A stretch of DNA of 64,000 nucleotides from NCBI GenBank assembly GCA_963796105.1, contig CAWCKJ010000004.1, forward strand, positions 704,001 to 768,000, in the 5' to 3' direction. Below are positions 59,597-64,000 of this stretch, piece by piece. Both the position numbers and the translations under genes were made by a program. Below the pieces are notes generated by a model, which did not search any database, had not been told where the DNA came from, and saw only the letters and a list, made by a program, of their open reading frames with translations. Every line of letters begins with the position of its first letter. Position 1 is the first letter of the stretch. The stretch is from a candidate division FCPU426 bacterium. GTDB lineage: Bacteria; Oederibacteriota; Muellerivitia; Muellerivitales; Muellerivitaceae.

Positions 59597-61219
59597 TTAC
59601 TCGGGGCAGGAGTCCTGGTTGGTCAAGACTTCCTCCGCACGATTGTACCCCTCGGTGATCCATTCCGTCATGAGTTTCTCGTTGAAGACGTGGGGGGTGC
59701 TGGTGATGACGCAGCAGGGCCGGATGATCTTGATGACCTTGTCCTGGTGGTGGTCCTTGAAAACCCTCCTGGTCAATTCTGCCTCCTCCTCGTCCGCGAA
59801 AGCAACCCGGTTGGCGAGCATGTCGAGTGTCTTGCTCAGGATCCCTTCCAGGTCGTTGAACTGGTCGGCGACGGGGGGAGGGGTCTTGGGGGCCAGGATG
59901 ACGGCGTAAACCTCGTCGGCCCCGTTCATCAGGGCGATCTTGAGGGCCGTGAAACTCTCCACGCCGCCGTCCACGTACTGGTGGTAGCCGTTTTTCGGGA
60001 TGTGGGTGGCGGGGCACAGGACCGGGTCGCTGGAGGAGGCAAGCATGGCCCGCATCAGGGTGTCTGGGTCCCCGATCCTGCTGGTTTCCATATGCTTGTC
60101 GTTCGGGAGGATGCCCGGCACCCCCGTTTGGATCTCCCCAGGCCCAGTGTAAAAGTAGGTGACCCGGGAGGTCTGAAGGCAGGAGGTGGACAGGATCATC
60201 CTCATGGGGGAAGCCTGTATGGCGTCCCACCTTTTGGGGGTGACCATGTTGTTGATGATGCCCTGGAGGGGCTGGGAGGTCACGAGGGAGGCGTTGGAAA
60301 TCATGTCCGCGGGGCTCCTCATGAGGAAAATGTCGTTCTGCCCGATACTGCTGTAGATTTTCTGGAGTTCCTTGTATTCCCCCGTCACCACCAGTGGGGC
60401 CATGAGCGACCCCGTGCTGGTGCCGCAGACGATGTCAAATCCCGTGAAGGATTTATCCTTTTCCTTCAGGTATTTCTCCAGGTATTCCACGGCACCCACG
60501 GCCCAGGCGCCCGTGGCGCCGCCGCCGCTGATGACCAGGGCGATCTTCTTGTGCTTGGACAAAGCTTCCTTTTTCCCAGGCTCGTTTTCTTTTCCCTCTT
60601 TGCCGTCTTTCGGGGGGGGAGCCTGGACCCGGAAATCGGGCTGCTGGGGATTGGGGGCGAAAATTTTGGTGATCGACGCCAAATCCACTCCCGAGGAAAT
60701 CATGACGGTGGAGGCCCGAAGGTCGAAGTCATAGCCGCACCAGAGGCCTAACCTGCCCAAACCCGAGAGGTCGAATACCAATCCGCCCTCGGCCGTGGTA
60801 TTGCAGGCCTGGATGGGGTTGTTGAAGGCGTTTTTAAAATGGTCCCAGTAGGCCGCGTCCGCGGCCAGCCGGAATCCGGTATCGGTGGCGAATTTCCAGA
60901 ATAGATAGTCCGCCCGTAAGCCGAGGCCGAAGTCCCAATCGGGATTGTCGTAGCGGAAACCCGCGAAAGGCCCCCAGCGCCAGTTGCTGCCCAGCTTGAA
61001 TTCCGGGGTTAATTTCAACCAGCTCCGGTAGGGGGTGATGAATTGCGTCTTGCCGGCGAAACCCTGGGCGACGTCCAGGTTCAGGGAGAACCGGCCCTCT
61101 TCCACGTTGCCGGCGCCGGCCAGGTCATCCGCCCCGGCTTTAGCGGGAAGGAACCAAGCGCCGCAGAATAAAACGATGCTTGCCGCCAAAGCTAAACCCA
61201 GCGATTTTATTGCGTCCAT
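59597..61219 (-). CDS. Exported patatin-like phospholipase with N-terminal beta-strand-rich domain
   Basis: Signal peptide; SGGGATG, GTSTG, DGG patatin motifs. Confidence 0.85.
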   Translation of the reverse strand: MDAIKSLGLALAASIVLFCGAWFLPAKAGADDLAGAGNVEEGRFSLNLDVAQGFAGKTQFITPYRSWLKLTPEFKLGSNWRWGPFAGFRYDNPDWDFGLGLRADYLFWKFATDTGFRLAADAAYWDHFKNAFNNPIQACNTTAEGGLVFDLSGLGRLGLWCGYDFDLRASTVMISSGVDLASITKIFAPNPQQPDFRVQAPPPKDGKEGKENEPGKKEALSKHKKIALVISGGGATGAWAVGAVEYLEKYLKEKDKSFTGFDIVCGTSTGSLMAPLVVTGEYKELQKIYSSIGQNDIFLMRSPADMISNASLVTSQPLQGIINNMVTPKRWDAIQASPMRMILSTSCLQTSRVTYFYTGPGEIQTGVPGILPNDKHMETSRIGDPDTLMRAMLASSSDPVLCPATHIPKNGYHQYVDGGVESFTALKIALMNGADEVYAVILAPKTPPPVADQFNDLEGILSKTLDMLANRVAFADEEEAELTRRVFKDHHQDKVIKIIRPCCVITSTPHVFNEKLMTEWITEGYNRAEEVLTNQDSCPE

Positions 61220-61424
61220 ACCCTTTCCTTTCAAGCCGGATTTCTCTCCACCCGCGGCAAAACGGAAATATGATGCCCGCTTAATCTTGCCGGGTCAAAT
61301 ACATTTTGCGGGTTTTTTTAAAGCGTTAAATTAAACTGCACAAATTTGGACCCATAAAAAGACGTCATTTTTCTCATAACAGTGACCGCTTTTTTATTAG
61401 CGGATGATTCCGGGGGGCCTTGAA

Positions 61425-61457
61425 TAAAAAAAACCCGGCCGTTGGGCCGGGCTTTTG
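61425..61457. terminator. Bidirectional-type terminator
   Basis: AAAAAAAACCCGGCC-GTTG-GGCCGGGCTTTT. Confidence 0.8.
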
Positions 61458-61492
61458 AAAACCCTTCTACAGGCAATAAAGCTTGTAACCCT

Positions 61493-62146
61493 TTACGGGC
61501 AGCTTTGAATGTAAAAAGGCATCGGGTGGTTGGGTGAGGCGGAGCCGCCGGTTAATGGATTGGGTAAAGCGCCGGTATAGGTGCCGGTTTTCGTGTAAAA
61601 ACTGGTTGTATAGGAAGAGTCGGGCCCGGACCCAAAATCACTTTGGGCGCTGTTCGCGACCCAATAGGACCCGGCGGGCAGCGCCACGCTTGAGAAAGTC
61701 ACGGCGTTCCAGGAAGTGGATGTAGCGCTCACGACAGCGCTTGCCAGAAGGTTATTAGGCGCGCCCGCGTTGTCGTCGTACAAGCCCAGTACGATATTCC
61801 CCGCGGTGGCGGTCCCGGCGACGTAAATGGCGACCGCGGAGGCGTTCTCCGCGGCGGAAAGGGTTACTGCGAAGGCATAAATGTTGCCGGTAGGATGGGT
61901 GACGGTGGCGGTTGTGGTGTTTGTGTCGCCCGTCTCATGACAGGTTGTCGGGGTGGGCGTCGGGGTGGAAGTGATAGTCGGTGAATTAGTGATAGTCGGC
62001 GTAGGGGTGGAAGTGGGGGTGTTCGTGGGAGAAGATTTGGAAGGGGTATTGGGGCTATTGTTGGAACTGCAGGAAACGCCTAGGGCGGCCGTTGTGGCGA
62101 GGATCAAGATGAAACACCAAATGGATTTATCGCGAATACCGGGCAT
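61493..62146 (-). CDS. Thr/Pro-rich lipoprotein with small beta-sandwich-like domain
   Basis: Lipobox GVSC, TPT linker, LGLYDDNAGAP..LLAS...W...LPAGSYWV. Confidence 0.75.
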   Translation of the reverse strand: MPGIRDKSIWCFILILATTAALGVSCSSNNSPNTPSKSSPTNTPTSTPTPTITNSPTITSTPTPTPTTCHETGDTNTTTATVTHPTGNIYAFAVTLSAAENASAVAIYVAGTATAGNIVLGLYDDNAGAPNNLLASAVVSATSTSWNAVTFSSVALPAGSYWVANSAQSDFGSGPDSSYTTSFYTKTGTYTGALPNPLTGGSASPNHPMPFYIQSCP

Positions 62147-62317
62147 AGGAGACCTCCATGGATTTTTTAAAATCCGGAAGGTTAAAAATCAGCCTTTCAG
62201 AAGTCTCCCCTTTAAATGTTGGATGAATTATACATTACCAGGCTTCAAGACCCTATGTTTCATTACAAGTTTCCATTTTGAACTTCGCGGAGAAAATGGG
62301 GGGAAGAGACCCGGCGG

Positions 62318-63331
62318 TTAAGGCGAATACCAGACGTCGTTGAAATAAGCGGGCGGTATATGAGTGTAGCCCCCGAGGATCCACATGTGGTTGTTGAAGA
62401 CCGTCCAGGACATGAATTCCTTCGCCGTGAACGACGCGCCCGTTGAGGCCGTGGCCTGGGTCCAAATGTTGCCGTCGTAGGAATACCAGGCGTCGTTATA
62501 CACGCTGGTTCCCACCCCGCCGATGATCCACATGGCCCCGTCATAAACCATGAAAGCGGGATTGAAGCGCGAGCCGAACTCGGCGGAGGCCGTGACCTCG
62601 GTCCAATGGGCGCCGTCGGTTGATTTCCAAACGTCACAGCCGGTGCCGCCGATGCCAGCGATCACCCAAAGGGCGTTGTTGTAGGCGAGCAGGGCGTGGC
62701 CGTAGCGGCCGGGAAAAGGCGCGCTGGCAGTGACCGTGCTCCAATTCACCCCGTCGGCGGAGGAGAGCACGTCGTTCAAGGGATTGAGGTCGTACCCCCC
62801 CACCATCCAGATCTTCCCGTTGAGGACCGCGGTCACCTCGTTGCCCCTGGGGGAGTAGGTGGCGGAACCGCTGGGGACCGCCTGGATCCAGGTGACCCCG
62901 TCGGAACTGTGCCAGGCGTCGTTGGCGACCGTCGGCATGCTTCCCGCGTAAACCCACATTTCGTTATTAAAGACCGCGCCGCCGAAAAAGCCCCTGGGGG
63001 TAAAGGAGGTGGCGACGGGGGCCACTGACCAGCTGACCCCGTCGGAGGAATGCCAGGTATCGTTCGTCACCCCCTCGGCCTCGGCGTCCCCGCCCAGGAC
63101 CCACATCTCATTGTTGAAGGTCAGGCTTAAATGGCCGTAGCGAGCGGCCCAAGGGGCGGCGGCGGTAGTCTCATACCAATTCTCTCCCACATTGGGATTC
63201 ATGACCGGGGTGCCGGTCCCATTAACCGTCACGGGTGCGGAGGGGGAATTGTTGTTGCTACAGGCCATGGGCAGGCAGGCCGCACAGGCCAGGATGACCG
63301 GCAACGGGATAAAGCCTAAGGCTTTTTTCAT
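62318..63331 (-). CDS. Kelch-repeat beta-propeller lipoprotein
   Basis: Repeated R.G/H...FNN.MWV.GG...ND.W.S.DG..W. Confidence 0.88.
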   Translation of the reverse strand: MKKALGFIPLPVILACAACLPMACSNNNSPSAPVTVNGTGTPVMNPNVGENWYETTAAAPWAARYGHLSLTFNNEMWVLGGDAEAEGVTNDTWHSSDGVSWSVAPVATSFTPRGFFGGAVFNNEMWVYAGSMPTVANDAWHSSDGVTWIQAVPSGSATYSPRGNEVTAVLNGKIWMVGGYDLNPLNDVLSSADGVNWSTVTASAPFPGRYGHALLAYNNALWVIAGIGGTGCDVWKSTDGAHWTEVTASAEFGSRFNPAFMVYDGAMWIIGGVGTSVYNDAWYSYDGNIWTQATASTGASFTAKEFMSWTVFNNHMWILGGYTHIPPAYFNDVWYSP

Positions 63332-63566
63332 CTCTCCCTCTTTCCCCACTTAATTTTCATTTCAAATAGTAGTCACAAGGAAGCGATAAAATCAAGCCAG
63401 GCACCCCGCGGAAACCTGCCATAAGGTATTGCCGGACCTGCGGACAGGTCTGGCGGCGGTCAAGGAAGTGGTACGAGGAGGACCCCGGATTCGAGGGCCT
63501 AATTAGTGAGCATAAAATGAAAACCTGATCCGATACGTTCAAAAATCTCCCCCGAACCCAAATCTC

Positions 63567-63610
63567 TTGACGGCGGAAGAGGGCCAGGATATTATAGGAT
63601 TAGTCCTATA
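63567..63610 (+). promoter_or_regulatory. Promoter plus palindromic operator of the PadR gene
   Basis: TTGACG-N17-TATTAT overlapped by TATAGGA-TTAG-TCCTATA. Confidence 0.7.
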
Positions 63611-63638
63611 TATGATAAATCCTGCATAGGGAGGCTCC

Positions 63639-64000
63639 ATGTCACTCGACCACGCGATCCTGGGTTTCCTCGGGTACGGGCCCCTTTCGGGCTATGACCT
63701 GAAATCACGCTTCGACCTCTCGGTGGCGCACTTCTGGCCCGCGGACCAGAGCCACATCTACCGCATCCTGGCCAAGCTGGACGAGCAGGGCTACACGAAG
63801 GTCAAGGTGGTGAAGCAGGATACCAGGCCCGACCGGAAGGTTTATTCCATCACCCGGGCGGGGCGGGAGGAACTCCACCGCTGGATTTCCACCCCGCAGG
63901 AGGGGGATTCCGGCCGCAGCGCCTCGCTGGTCCAGGTTTTTTTCTCCGGCCAGCTCAGCGACGGTGAGATTCTCGGGATCTTCCGCAGGGCGGCGGCGCA
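63639..64000 (+). CDS. PadR family transcriptional regulator (partial)
   Basis: GGAGG RBS; MSLDHAILGFL...SGYDL...FWPADQSHIY...RPDRKVYSIT..G. Confidence 0.92.
   Translation, partial: MSLDHAILGFLGYGPLSGYDLKSRFDLSVAHFWPADQSHIYRILAKLDEQGYTKVKVVKQDTRPDRKVYSITRAGREELHRWISTPQEGDSGRSASLVQVFFSGQLSDGEILGIFRRAAA

Noticed and set aside
59480..60751. 423-aa plus-strand ORF (also 4758-5789 and 48656-49732 on the minus strand)
   Set aside because: Antisense to well-supported genes in GC-rich DNA, with no recognisable motifs.

Overview
A 64-kb bacterial chromosomal segment with a GC-rich backbone and AT-rich inserts. The cell is probably a diderm: it carries outer-membrane beta-barrel-like proteins, lipoproteins and many Thr/Pro-rich secreted proteins. 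Two of these end in a FlgD/T9SS-like C-terminal domain, a pattern I associate with FCPU426-like candidate lineages (inference only). The backbone holds hydrogenase maturation genes (hypC fragment, hypD, hypE), yyaL, mscL, a PAS histidine kinase, a class III cyclase, a patatin, a nitronate monooxygenase, a probable 6S-like RNA and about six GT-C-type membrane glycosyltransferases. There are two accessory zones. The first (12.8-17.5 kb) follows a tRNA 3' remnant: two BrnTA modules, a GH5 gene and orphan genes are separated by copies of a ~100-bp TGTCCA...TGGACA element in a cassette-like layout. The second (19.7-25.5 kb) has a 43-bp-period dual-hairpin tandem array directly upstream of a predicted membrane-anchored ParB-like HTH protein. 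It continues with TcmP/DUF5131, a YefM-YoeB pair whose toxin is split at an A_AAA_AAG site, and an IS1595 element inside an aspartyl protease gene; decayed copies of the 5' end of a metallopeptidase gene separate these blocks. The intergenic DNA also carries a dispersed family of ~40-bp hairpin modules (8-bp arms, 21-24-nt interiors, compensatory changes) that assemble into longer modular elements. All family assignments come from motif recognition by eye; no searches were run.
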